Sequence record: OU343168.1
Strand: one strand, 5' to 3'
DNA: 64,000 bases
A model generated the notes under the pieces. The model was not told where the DNA came from, ran no database searches, and was given only the letters and a program-made list of their open reading frames with translations. Shown here one piece after another: positions 43,986 to 53,098 of this stretch. How positions within the stretch are numbered: the stretch's first letter is position 1; the number at the start of each line of letters is the position of its first letter. The translations under genes and the position numbers were made by a program.

Positions 43986-46808
43986 TTAAAAGAGTGAAAG
44001 AACACTCCGGGAGGTATACAGAGAATGGGTTTCAGGTTCATCCCCCATATCAAACATTTCTTGGCCGGTGATATTACCCAACAACTCATGACCCTGTTCT
44101 TTACTCATGAGAATGTCCACTTGTTCCTTAGACCATTCCATGATGTTAATACTGCGGGTCATAATGTTGAGTTTATCCCCGGTGTCCATATCCAAGAGTT
44201 TAAAGTAACAGGGAGCATCCTGACCGGTACGCCAGGTACGGGCTTGGACCTGTTTCACTTCATACTCTCGGAAAGGGGCATTCAACAGAATGGTCAGGTT
44301 CGCCATAATCAAGGGATACCCTTCCTTCAGGGAATCAAAGATCGCAATCAACGCACGGAGAGTGGGGTCTTTCTCAAAGCGTTTGATATTGGTGTCTCGT
44401 TCGTTGCTGTTTTCACCGTATACTGTCACATTCGGATACCCGGCCTTCGTGAGGTATTCCTCGCAGAGTTTAAGGGCATCCACGTAGGAGGTAAAGATCA
44501 GAGTCTTCTTCTCCACGTTATCGATGAGCTCAGGGAGTCCTGCGTGCGCAATGGTGTCCTTAATAGCGTTAATACGGGCTCGTCCTAAAACGTTCCCTAA
44601 GGCCTCTCCACGCAGTTTTAGACCCAGGTACTTAACCGCGGACTTAATGTTCCTGAAATCCTTCAGGGCGGTCCCTTTAAGGCCCTTCTCGATGTCTTCT
44701 TCCACCCGCTTACAGAACTGACTGTCTTGGTTATCCGTAAAACTGTTATACCCCCGGGTTCTGAACCGGTGAACAATCTGTTTGTACTTCACCAGATTCT
44801 CAACCGCTTTAGCATTCCCCTGGATGGACAGTTCATACGACGTCAGAACATCGTTGTAGAATTCCAAGAAGCTCGGCATATGTTTCGTATAGAACGCAAT
44901 CCGTTCTCCAATGTAGATCTGCATTTGGAGGCGAATAGCATCCAAGGTGTATTGATCCGAATTCGGGATCTTCACCTTAACCAGTTCCATAGGAGGAGGA
45001 TCGCCCAATCCCACCAGTTCAGGGATCGTAAACTTCATACGTCCAATACGCCGGCTCAGCAAATCCATTAACGAGGGACGGTTACGTCCATAGGACGCCA
45101 TAAAGAACTCCCGAGCCTTCTTATCGAAGTAGGGATCGATCATACAGGTCGTTGGGAAGATCTCACTCCCCTGGGCCTTTAGCGGCGTCCCTGACATCGG
45201 AAGGTGATGCCCGAACAGTTCCATGTCGCACCATTCGATCAACTTCCGTGTACGGGCTGCTTTAGGGTCATTGAAGTTCTGGGATTCATCCAGAATCATC
45301 TTCAAAGCGCCTTTATGCTTCTTACTCAGCGTAATGAGGAAGTTCTCCAAGTATTTCCCCATAACACTGGTCATGTAATCGTAATGGACGATGTAGAAGT
45401 CATACCCTTCTTCTAAGACCTTACCGCTGATACTGGTCCAGATACGGGGTGGAACCTTAAAGTGCTGGAGGGGTTGTTCTACCCAGACTTTATCCACAAT
45501 GTTCATAGGGCAAAAGACAACCGTCGGAGCCGTATTAATCAATTGAGACCACACCAAGGACGTAAAGGTATTGTGGGTCACGATGTAGTCATCTACCACA
45601 TACAGCTTCTCGTCATTGTCCAAGGCAATGCAGCAAGTCTCTTGATCCTCCACTTTCTCCCAGTGCGTCAGCTTCAGTTGCAGGTCTTTATACTGGGAGA
45701 AGCCATACATTCCCTGAACACAGGGGTTGTCTCCAATTAACCCAGTCATCATCTTGTCGACGTCTCGGTGCTTAAAGTCAACCTTATACAAACCGTTAAC
45801 CAACACTGGCTCCGTAGCTGTTCCTCCAATGGACCACATCAACCGACGGAAGTTCTCCATCCCAATCCGGTTCTCGTGATACGCGGATAAGACGGATTCA
45901 CTGATTAAACACCCCACGTGTTCAATCACCGATGTGACTATATTAAAGCGATCCCGATACGGGAGCTCCAATACACCGCCCCCTATTACAACGTCGGTAT
46001 TAACCAGCTCCCTTGCGGCGGCTTCAGACGAAGTATTACAAGGGACGTTGTATCCATTGATCTCACCCACTAAAGGGAAGTACACATCCTCTTTACGGGC
46101 TTTATGGAGTACTTCCAACGTGGTTAAGATTTCATCGACCCCATTCACCGTGGTTTTCCACAAATGATACGGATGAGAGTCAGCCGTTCTACCGTCTTCG
46201 AAATAGAAGCGATAAACTTCCGTGATCCCCTGAGGGTAAATACTCTCCACACACGCGGTATCACCTCCAGGGGTCACTACGATATCCTTGACCTTTAGGT
46301 CACCCAAGGCTTTCCACCCATTTGGGACTTTAACCCGGGTTGAGAGAGGCATGGCTTTCCCTGAACCTGGTTTAGCATCCAGCAGCATCCCTTTCAAGTG
46401 ATAACTGTTCACAATGATAGGGTATTGCTGAAGAAAGTCCAACTGCTGAGGAAAGGGAACCGTATTGAACTGATTCAGTTTCTTAAGATCAAAAGGTTTA
46501 CCTCCCGGATTAACCGTATCTTTAATCCAGGTCTCGGTTTCAATGAGTTCCTTCAATTCACTCAACGCTCGTCTGCGGGTACGGAGGTTCCGTATTTTGA
46601 GGAGTTCCCCCACAATGTGGTGCAATTCTACCAGGAAGAAGTTATGCACCTTAATGGTGTCCCAGGATTCGCGTCGAATCTGATGTTTCGTTAAGAGAGA
46701 AGTGCTGTAGAACTTCTCAATGTCTTTGGCTAAATCGTAATAGGACACACCCGTAATGTGTACGTAGTCTCCCGTTTGTTTGATCTTAACTGAAAACAGT
46801 CCTAACAT
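43986..46808 (-). CDS. SNF2/SF2 helicase containing an intein
   Basis: Walker A KPGSGK-[intein]-T, DESQ, MSGTP, IFTSYV, SLKEG-x-L, Q-x2-ARTWRTGQ. Confidence 0.9.
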   Translation of the reverse strand: MLGLFSVKIKQTGDYVHITGVSYYDLAKDIEKFYSTSLLTKHQIRRESWDTIKVHNFFLVELHHIVGELLKIRNLRTRRRALSELKELIETETWIKDTVNPGGKPFDLKKLNQFNTVPFPQQLDFLQQYPIIVNSYHLKGMLLDAKPGSGKAMPLSTRVKVPNGWKALGDLKVKDIVVTPGGDTACVESIYPQGITEVYRFYFEDGRTADSHPYHLWKTTVNGVDEILTTLEVLHKARKEDVYFPLVGEINGYNVPCNTSSEAAARELVNTDVVIGGGVLELPYRDRFNIVTSVIEHVGCLISESVLSAYHENRIGMENFRRLMWSIGGTATEPVLVNGLYKVDFKHRDVDKMMTGLIGDNPCVQGMYGFSQYKDLQLKLTHWEKVEDQETCCIALDNDEKLYVVDDYIVTHNTFTSLVWSQLINTAPTVVFCPMNIVDKVWVEQPLQHFKVPPRIWTSISGKVLEEGYDFYIVHYDYMTSVMGKYLENFLITLSKKHKGALKMILDESQNFNDPKAARTRKLIEWCDMELFGHHLPMSGTPLKAQGSEIFPTTCMIDPYFDKKAREFFMASYGRNRPSLMDLLSRRIGRMKFTIPELVGLGDPPPMELVKVKIPNSDQYTLDAIRLQMQIYIGERIAFYTKHMPSFLEFYNDVLTSYELSIQGNAKAVENLVKYKQIVHRFRTRGYNSFTDNQDSQFCKRVEEDIEKGLKGTALKDFRNIKSAVKYLGLKLRGEALGNVLGRARINAIKDTIAHAGLPELIDNVEKKTLIFTSYVDALKLCEEYLTKAGYPNVTVYGENSNERDTNIKRFEKDPTLRALIAIFDSLKEGYPLIMANLTILLNAPFREYEVKQVQARTWRTGQDAPCYFKLLDMDTGDKLNIMTRSINIMEWSKEQVDILMSKEQGHELLGNITGQEMFDMGDEPETHSLYTSRSVLSLF
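45570..46355 (-). mobile_element. Class 3 intein (262 aa, residues 152-413) with a degenerate LAGLIDADG remnant
   Basis: Starts Ala (AMPLS), block B SHPYHLW, block F ETCCIAL, block G YIVTHN followed by Thr; W-C-T triplet; inserted in the P-loop. Confidence 0.9.
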
Positions 46809-46837
46809 TGAAGTCGTCCTTAAAGAAGGGGTTTAAA

Positions 46838-48004
46838 ATGCGTCAAGTAGAAGTAGGATCCGTGGGCTATAACAACCTGGCTCGTCTATACGACCACCTG
46901 TGGGGTGGAGAATTGGTTGAGGTAGGCCAACGGGTAGAAGGGGAAACGGAATATCGAGATGTGCTGACCCTCGGAGATGTCGAGATCCATCACTTCTTCA
47001 CCCTCAATAAAGAAGGCAAAGAAGAAGCCTACGTGCGGTATACCCGTGACAACGGTACCCTCACGTTCCGACTGAACGAGAAGTGGACCCAATACCTCTT
47101 CAATGACGAAATCTTCACCATTCCAGAAGAGATCGTAGAGGGTATGGGGAGGGTCTCTATAGAGTTCCCCAGCAGTTGGTTACAGGTCGCGGCTAAACAC
47201 CCCGCTGATGATGTGCTTCAAGATGACCTGAAAACCACGGATAAACTGGTGATTAAGCTCTCCAATAAACTCCGTCATGCCGTGGATGTTATCACCAAGA
47301 AAAGCAATCATTTGGTTGAATGGGTAGGTAAACGTGACCACGACCTCTACCTCACGTTCAAAACCAAGAAAGACGACCTTTCTTACTTTACGGTTCGGTT
47401 TGATAAAGTCTACCCTGAAGTCCCTAAAGAAGGGATTACCCTCGGGGAAGGGGAAACGTTGGAGATCGATAACCCCGATGACCGTCAGGAAGTTAAGGAC
47501 CTTATTAAGACTATCGGTGAACTGGAACACCAAGTGAACCGACAGATTCAATATTACCGCAAGCATGCAGACCTGACTAACGCGGGTAAAGCACTCTTCG
47601 AGCAGGAAGTCCGTACCCTTCTATTTGCTGCCAGTCACTTCAGTAGACGCATCTATCCTTTCAACAGTGTACATGGTAAGGAATGGTTGGATAAGGCGGC
47701 TAACGAGATCCTGGAGCGCTTGTACGCCTATAAAGCCACCACAGACGTTCCCTTCGGGTTGGATGTGAACAGTTGGTTCGTGTGGAGTTATCCACTGGAT
47801 GGGAGTGAGCCGGTTAAGGTCACGGATGAATCGGTTGACTTCATTGAACGCGTACTTAATCGGTACACGGAGAGTTTTGTTGATATCCTGACGGGTTTCC
47901 TGATGGATTTGAACCACACGGAAGTCATCCGCCCGTATCACTACGTAGTTCCTGCTGACCTCAGTGACGGATACTCGATCGGCTCGATTCGTCGGGTAAA
48001 ATAA
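46838..48004 (+). CDS. Hypothetical protein
   Basis: SD AAGGGG before ATG 46838; divergent from helicase by 29 bp. Confidence 0.7.
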   Translation: MRQVEVGSVGYNNLARLYDHLWGGELVEVGQRVEGETEYRDVLTLGDVEIHHFFTLNKEGKEEAYVRYTRDNGTLTFRLNEKWTQYLFNDEIFTIPEEIVEGMGRVSIEFPSSWLQVAAKHPADDVLQDDLKTTDKLVIKLSNKLRHAVDVITKKSNHLVEWVGKRDHDLYLTFKTKKDDLSYFTVRFDKVYPEVPKEGITLGEGETLEIDNPDDRQEVKDLIKTIGELEHQVNRQIQYYRKHADLTNAGKALFEQEVRTLLFAASHFSRRIYPFNSVHGKEWLDKAANEILERLYAYKATTDVPFGLDVNSWFVWSYPLDGSEPVKVTDESVDFIERVLNRYTESFVDILTGFLMDLNHTEVIRPYHYVVPADLSDGYSIGSIRRVK

Positions 48005-48016
48005 CGAAAACGACTA

Positions 48017-48050
48017 TACTCCAGGAGAGCCCAACGGCTCTCCTGGAGTA
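48017..48050. terminator. Bidirectional hairpin
   Basis: TACTCCAGGAGAGCC/GGCTCTCCTGGAGTA. Confidence 0.75.
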
Positions 48051-48057
48051 GTCGGTA

Positions 48058-48690
48058 TTACGGTACACCCAATCGAGACTCTAGATCCTTAATGTATTCA
48101 TCCCTGGCCACTAAGGCTGCTTCCAGATCCCGGATACGAGACAAATCATTACTGTCATCCGTAATCGTGTTCTTGCGGGTGGTTTCAAACACATCATGCT
48201 CATTCTTCGAGACATACCCAATGACCGGTACAGTTCCCAAAGTGGATTTCCCTTCCACTCCGAAATGGGCTTTGATGTAGGTATCAAAATGTTGCATCGC
48301 CAAGACGAGGTTATCCTTCATCTCGGGGGGTAATGCACCGCAGTCGGTGACAATACACATGCGTTCGTACGAATACCCGTCTACCAAAGGGAAACTCTTT
48401 AGGTAGGTGGTCAGCACGTAGACCGGTGGACCACTCCGCGGTATTAACGACACCACCACGGCGTTTTCACTGATCGCCTTTTCCAGTACCGCAGGGTAAT
48501 CTGCTTCGCTGAGTCCAATGGGTTTAAAGACCCGCTCGTAGATCTTAATCTTCAATCCCTGCATTTCAGGGATCGTTCGAGTGGCCTCTACGGTGTAGAA
48601 CGTATTGGGATTCACCACGGTTGAGAAGGGTGCGATAGCTTCAAACCGTCCGGCTGCACCAATGGCTGGAATGATGTTTTGCTCAGCCAT
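48058..48690 (-). CDS. Probable virion structural protein (phiKZ core)
   Basis: Coupled to upstream gene; syntenic with helicase as recalled for phiKZ-like phages. Confidence 0.55.
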   Translation of the reverse strand: MAEQNIIPAIGAAGRFEAIAPFSTVVNPNTFYTVEATRTIPEMQGLKIKIYERVFKPIGLSEADYPAVLEKAISENAVVVSLIPRSGPPVYVLTTYLKSFPLVDGYSYERMCIVTDCGALPPEMKDNLVLAMQHFDTYIKAHFGVEGKSTLGTVPVIGYVSKNEHDVFETTRKNTITDDSNDLSRIRDLEAALVARDEYIKDLESRLGVP

Positions 48691-48693
48691 TCA

Positions 48694-50040
48694 TTAATCC
48701 TCCTCTACAATCCCGTCTTGAATCATTTGCCACCGGGTGAACATCACGTATTTCACTTTACCAATACGCTTGGCCACACAGACCTTATCCAAGCGAGTCA
48801 GACGGCTGACCCCGGGAGGCAGCAAAGAGAACGGCGTAACCACTTCAGCGGCTGCTACCAGGTCCTCCATTCCACGGATAAACGCCATGGTGGCCTCACC
48901 CATGGATCCAAAATCAGGATCCAGGGAGGGAATCAATTGGTACTGGGGAACAATTGAACGAATCTTCTGCATCCCTTGACGGTTGTTCTTTTTAGCTACA
49001 AACCCAATCTGAATCGATTTATACAGCATGGGTAGGGTTTGGAAGGATTTTATGATGAAGTCTTCTGGTATTGTTGGGACCAAGTACCGCTTGGCAATAT
49101 CGATTTCAGTCTCACGATCGACAATGGGGGAGAACGAGCTAGCACCGGTGGTGCGGTCTACAATCCCAATCATGTCGAAACGGGGGATGGCATAGAACTC
49201 CAGCGGGTTGAAGAGATCGGGGATCTTTTCTTCCCAATCTTCACGGGGATACTTCGAATCTTTCAAGATCTCATCTTGAATCTGTTCGTAGAGCTGATCT
49301 TCCGCCTCGGTACCATTACCCCAGGACAGGATAGACCAGTACCCCATGTTGAACTTGCCGGTGTTAATCAGGTCAAGTATCTGGAATTCTTCGACGTTGC
49401 GCTCTGTATAGGGCCAGCCTGCATTCCGAGTCGCTTCATGTTCACGTTGCGCGATGACCGTCGGGGTTTCCCGTGCGAACCGTTCAGCAATCTGCTGATA
49501 GTTCATGGTCATCAGGTTGTCCATCTCGTTTAACGGGATGGGGTGGATAATCGTAAACTGAACACGGGGATATTGGATCAGGAAGTACGCGTCAGCCATC
49601 CACAAGTAGAACGGTTGGTTATCACCACCCACGACATGATAGCCACGAACAAAGCTCGGTAGCCAGATCGTGTTATTGGTGACCATTTCACCAACGTCTT
49701 CAATCACAACATTGGTGGTGAATTGGGCTTTGAGTAGCGCAAGGGTGTTAGGACGACTGTCAGTGATTTTCCCGCTTAGAGCTTGTTCATACAACCAGTT
49801 GGACACACCGATTTGAGCTTCAGCAATCGCTTGCGGCATAACAATCTCTGTTCCATCGGTTTCGGAATAGAAATTGACCAATACGGTTGCACTGGGAATG
49901 TTCGCAGCCAGGGTAAACTTACCCGGGTCTTTGGCGTAACTGTTGGACTTGTTCGACAGTTCGCCAATAGGGGAGGTTGTGAGTAGACTGTTGTCGTGAA
50001 GCTTTGCTATACTTGCGAAAGAAAGGAACGTGGTACTCAT
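48694..50040 (-). CDS. Probable virion structural protein (phiKZ core)
   Basis: 448-aa ORF; synteny-based call. Confidence 0.55.
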   Translation of the reverse strand: MSTTFLSFASIAKLHDNSLLTTSPIGELSNKSNSYAKDPGKFTLAANIPSATVLVNFYSETDGTEIVMPQAIAEAQIGVSNWLYEQALSGKITDSRPNTLALLKAQFTTNVVIEDVGEMVTNNTIWLPSFVRGYHVVGGDNQPFYLWMADAYFLIQYPRVQFTIIHPIPLNEMDNLMTMNYQQIAERFARETPTVIAQREHEATRNAGWPYTERNVEEFQILDLINTGKFNMGYWSILSWGNGTEAEDQLYEQIQDEILKDSKYPREDWEEKIPDLFNPLEFYAIPRFDMIGIVDRTTGASSFSPIVDRETEIDIAKRYLVPTIPEDFIIKSFQTLPMLYKSIQIGFVAKKNNRQGMQKIRSIVPQYQLIPSLDPDFGSMGEATMAFIRGMEDLVAAAEVVTPFSLLPPGVSRLTRLDKVCVAKRIGKVKYVMFTRWQMIQDGIVEED

Positions 50041-50073
50041 GATTGGCTCACCGTTGATGTAAGGAATACGCCC

Positions 50074-50529
50074 ATGGTTTTAGGTATTGCAAAGGAGATG
50101 GCGGATAGATTCATAGAATTCGTTCTTAAATTCTTCAAAGGGGAGTCTGCTGAAGACCAACTGAGCAAAGCCCTTAAAGTTTCAGTACTTACTATTGCCC
50201 TGCTACTGTTTGGTTTGTTTGCATTGTTGAGTAACAACCTCAACCTGCGCATGGATCTGGCGGATGCTGAAATTGGTCTGGCTAAGATTAATATGCTCTT
50301 CGACCCTACTGTGGGGGAAGGGGGACCTTTAAAAGAGTTCGTTCGTATCAATGATGCGTTGAGTCGACAACTAGACAGTGTTAAGAATCAAAATATCATC
50401 TTGTCGAAACGAACCATTACTGCGACGGCTGAAAACAAGGTACTTAAGGAACATCTACTTAAGGTCCTTGAAGAGAACAAGATTCTACAAAATAATAACC
50501 AAATGCTGTTGAGAAAATGCACACAATAG
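50074..50529 (+). CDS. Membrane-anchored coiled-coil protein
   Basis: SD AAGGA before ATG 50074; TM VSVLTIALLLFGLFALLS then a heptad-rich C-terminus. Confidence 0.65.
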   Translation: MVLGIAKEMADRFIEFVLKFFKGESAEDQLSKALKVSVLTIALLLFGLFALLSNNLNLRMDLADAEIGLAKINMLFDPTVGEGGPLKEFVRINDALSRQLDSVKNQNIILSKRTITATAENKVLKEHLLKVLEENKILQNNNQMLLRKCTQ

Positions 50530-50595
50530 GGACCGGTTAAATTCCACAAGGATGTGTATCCCATGTACATGCACCTATTAGAATGAGTTAACGTA

Positions 50596-52107
50596 ATGGA
50601 AGCCATCACACCGTCTGTCAACTGGGTTATGTACCTCCTGGTGGGGCATAACAGCAAGTTAAAGAAAAACGGCTACTTCCTGGGTGGTCATGGGTATTCT
50701 TACGATATCCAACAAGAAGGTAAGCGTAAGCTAACCAAGGATGTCCCGACGTCGGCGGGGTATTATACCGGTAATCCTCAGAAGACCAATACGGCTGTAA
50801 CGATTCGGGATATTGTGTCGTTGACCGTAGTGAATGCGGAGAGTGAGCTGGAAGCCCTCTTGAAGGGATATTGGGAAGTCCTGAATGCCCTTACCACCGA
50901 TCCCATCCTGAAGAACCTGTGTGTCATTACCGAACACAAAGTCTTGGAAGCCTTGAGTAAGGTAGATAAGAAGAACGTCGAAGACACTGAAGAGTTCAAA
51001 CTCGGAAGACTGGTTTTAAGTGCAACAGAGCGAGCGGTGTTGTTAGACATCCTCACCTGCTTGGAAATAGCCAGTCAAACAGACCGTCGGGTGGTCTTCG
51101 ATTTTCCAGGTGTTGCAGAAGGGGGTCAAGGGAATAAGGAAGCCGCCAAACAAAGGGACCTTGCTGAAACAATCAGTCTGTTTGGGTTTAAGAAGGAAAC
51201 CAACCTGGAAGTGGTTTCCCGTAAGGAGTATGAAAACCCAGAGGTGGAATTCAACAAGATCGTCAGTGCCTCTCGGTGGTATTTCAATACCTTGGATCCT
51301 GAAGCGTTCTATAAAGAACAACACGGGTATCGGGTGTACGGGTTTGGTAAAGTCGAACGGGATAAAACGTACTACGGTAAGCTCACCCCGGATGTGACCT
51401 ATTCCAAACTCTACACCAAACGACCCCTTCGTTTACTGGATAAGTTGTTTGACTTTACGGTACAACGGATTGCCAATCCCGAGGGGTATTTGTCAGCAGG
51501 TGATCTGAACCACATTGTCACCAAGGATGTGGCGCGGTTAGTGGATCATTTCCCAGGGGTTCCTAAGGAAAAGGAACTGATTTCCCCTTTCACCAAACAG
51601 AATACGAAACCGGTTCTGATTGAACTGATCTCACCAGTATTGATGTCGTATCGGATCAGGGATTTCTTAATTGGGATGGACATTCTGTTTGAAGGGTTTA
51701 TGAACAAGGATACCGAGAACCGGTATGGATATCTGACGTTCTACATTATCACGGATTTGATTTACCAGAAGGAAGTCAATGGAAAAGGGGTGGAGAAGCT
51801 TAAGCTGGATCCAGCCTTTACCCAGACTCGGGAAACGATCAGTTTAAAGGTCACTCATCCCAGCGCAATTAAGCCGGTAACCATTAAGCTGTCCATCGGG
51901 TACGACACCCCGGATCGCAACGCTTTTAATTCGATTACGGACCCTAAAGTTAAGGTCTGGTGCGTGACAGACACCCGGAACAAGGAAGGTTTGCGGTACG
52001 CGACGATTGTGGAGACGGATGAGTTTATCTATATCCATACGTCGGCGATTGCTAACCTTCGGGTGTTAACCTTGGCGGAGTTAGGACGAAGTACTGATAA
52101 AGCGTGA
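50596..52107 (+). CDS. phiKZ-type RNase H-like protein (degenerate fold)
   Basis: GNKEAAKQRDLA resembles the RNase H GNE-x-AD-x-LA helix; position just before UvsX as recalled for phiKZ gp155. Confidence 0.45.
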   Translation: MEAITPSVNWVMYLLVGHNSKLKKNGYFLGGHGYSYDIQQEGKRKLTKDVPTSAGYYTGNPQKTNTAVTIRDIVSLTVVNAESELEALLKGYWEVLNALTTDPILKNLCVITEHKVLEALSKVDKKNVEDTEEFKLGRLVLSATERAVLLDILTCLEIASQTDRRVVFDFPGVAEGGQGNKEAAKQRDLAETISLFGFKKETNLEVVSRKEYENPEVEFNKIVSASRWYFNTLDPEAFYKEQHGYRVYGFGKVERDKTYYGKLTPDVTYSKLYTKRPLRLLDKLFDFTVQRIANPEGYLSAGDLNHIVTKDVARLVDHFPGVPKEKELISPFTKQNTKPVLIELISPVLMSYRIRDFLIGMDILFEGFMNKDTENRYGYLTFYIITDLIYQKEVNGKGVEKLKLDPAFTQTRETISLKVTHPSAIKPVTIKLSIGYDTPDRNAFNSITDPKVKVWCVTDTRNKEGLRYATIVETDEFIYIHTSAIANLRVLTLAELGRSTDKA

Positions 52108-52111
52108 ACAT

Positions 52112-52149
52112 TATACCTACTGGGAGGTGTGAACCTCCCAGTAGGTATA
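52112..52149. terminator. Bidirectional hairpin
   Basis: 17-bp stem TATACCTACTGGGAGGT. Confidence 0.75.
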
Positions 52150-52158
52150 CGTATGTTA

Positions 52159-53001
52159 CTATTTTGCTTTGGTTACAATCGTCTCGGTCTGATCACGGAA
52201 GACGGCCGCCAGTTCGTTCAGGAGGGTCATCATCGCTCCGCAGATGTCCGTAAACTCCACAAAACGATTAACCACCAACTCCACTTCGGTCAGAATCTTC
52301 TCATCCACTACGAGATCATTGGTTTTGATCTTCTCAACCAGGAGTTGTCCCAGTTCATAGACCCGAGACAATTCCCGACTGGCCATTTCAACATCCCGAG
52401 CGCCCAGTAGCTTGGCCGACACGTTGTAGGTTTCCAGTACGCTGTACAGTTCTTCGAAATTGACGTAAACTTCACCCAGGGTACACGTCTTGCGGTGGGG
52501 GTTGGAAGGGAGGCCTTTAAGGAACTGTTCGGAACGGTCCAGTACCGTATCGAAGTTGGTAATGGTCCAACGGAAACGGGTTTCGGGACGACCAGTCTTA
52601 ATCAGTTGCTTAAGCCAATCGTATAGTCGAATTGCTTCAGTTTTCATACTACTAACCAGATAGACCCCATCCGTGGCTACGAATTGAGTATAGGCCATCA
52701 TATTACCGAGGCCGGGTGTGTAGGTCTCCGGGACAATGACTGGCAACCCAGCGTTCTTAACAAAGAGAATCTCTTTCCGCTGGATCGTTTTACGGAACTT
52801 TTCAACGTCCAGAGTGATAACCGACTTTTCGAAGGCGGCCAGACGGCGGTCTATAGAGGCACCGAACTCAGAGAAGAAAAGACCCACACTTTCCCCTACA
52901 CTGAGTTTTTCAGCCCCCAGGACTGAGAGAAGCTGGGGATTCTTGATCCGTTCGATGAAGTCTTTCGATGTAAAGGAATGTTCCATAACTGAAAATCTCA
53001 T
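52159..53001 (-). CDS. Probable virion protein (phiKZ core)
   Basis: Helical ORF between the RNase H-like gene and uvsX; synteny-based. Confidence 0.5.
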   Translation of the reverse strand: MRFSVMEHSFTSKDFIERIKNPQLLSVLGAEKLSVGESVGLFFSEFGASIDRRLAAFEKSVITLDVEKFRKTIQRKEILFVKNAGLPVIVPETYTPGLGNMMAYTQFVATDGVYLVSSMKTEAIRLYDWLKQLIKTGRPETRFRWTITNFDTVLDRSEQFLKGLPSNPHRKTCTLGEVYVNFEELYSVLETYNVSAKLLGARDVEMASRELSRVYELGQLLVEKIKTNDLVVDEKILTEVELVVNRFVEFTDICGAMMTLLNELAAVFRDQTETIVTKAK

Positions 53002-53098
53002 GAGTATAGTTTGGGGAATGGGTTTTTACGCAGACCCATCTAAAGCAGGGCGTTGCCCTTTCAGCTAAAGTTCATAAAATACGAGGAATAAGAGGAAC

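Noticed and set aside
45800-46050. Active homing endonuclease in the intein
   Set aside because: No intact LAGLIDADG motifs, and the insert is too short for a two-motif endonuclease.
50074-50529. Holin or spanin call for the TM/coiled-coil protein
   Set aside because: No lipobox partner or adjacent endolysin; topology alone is insufficient.
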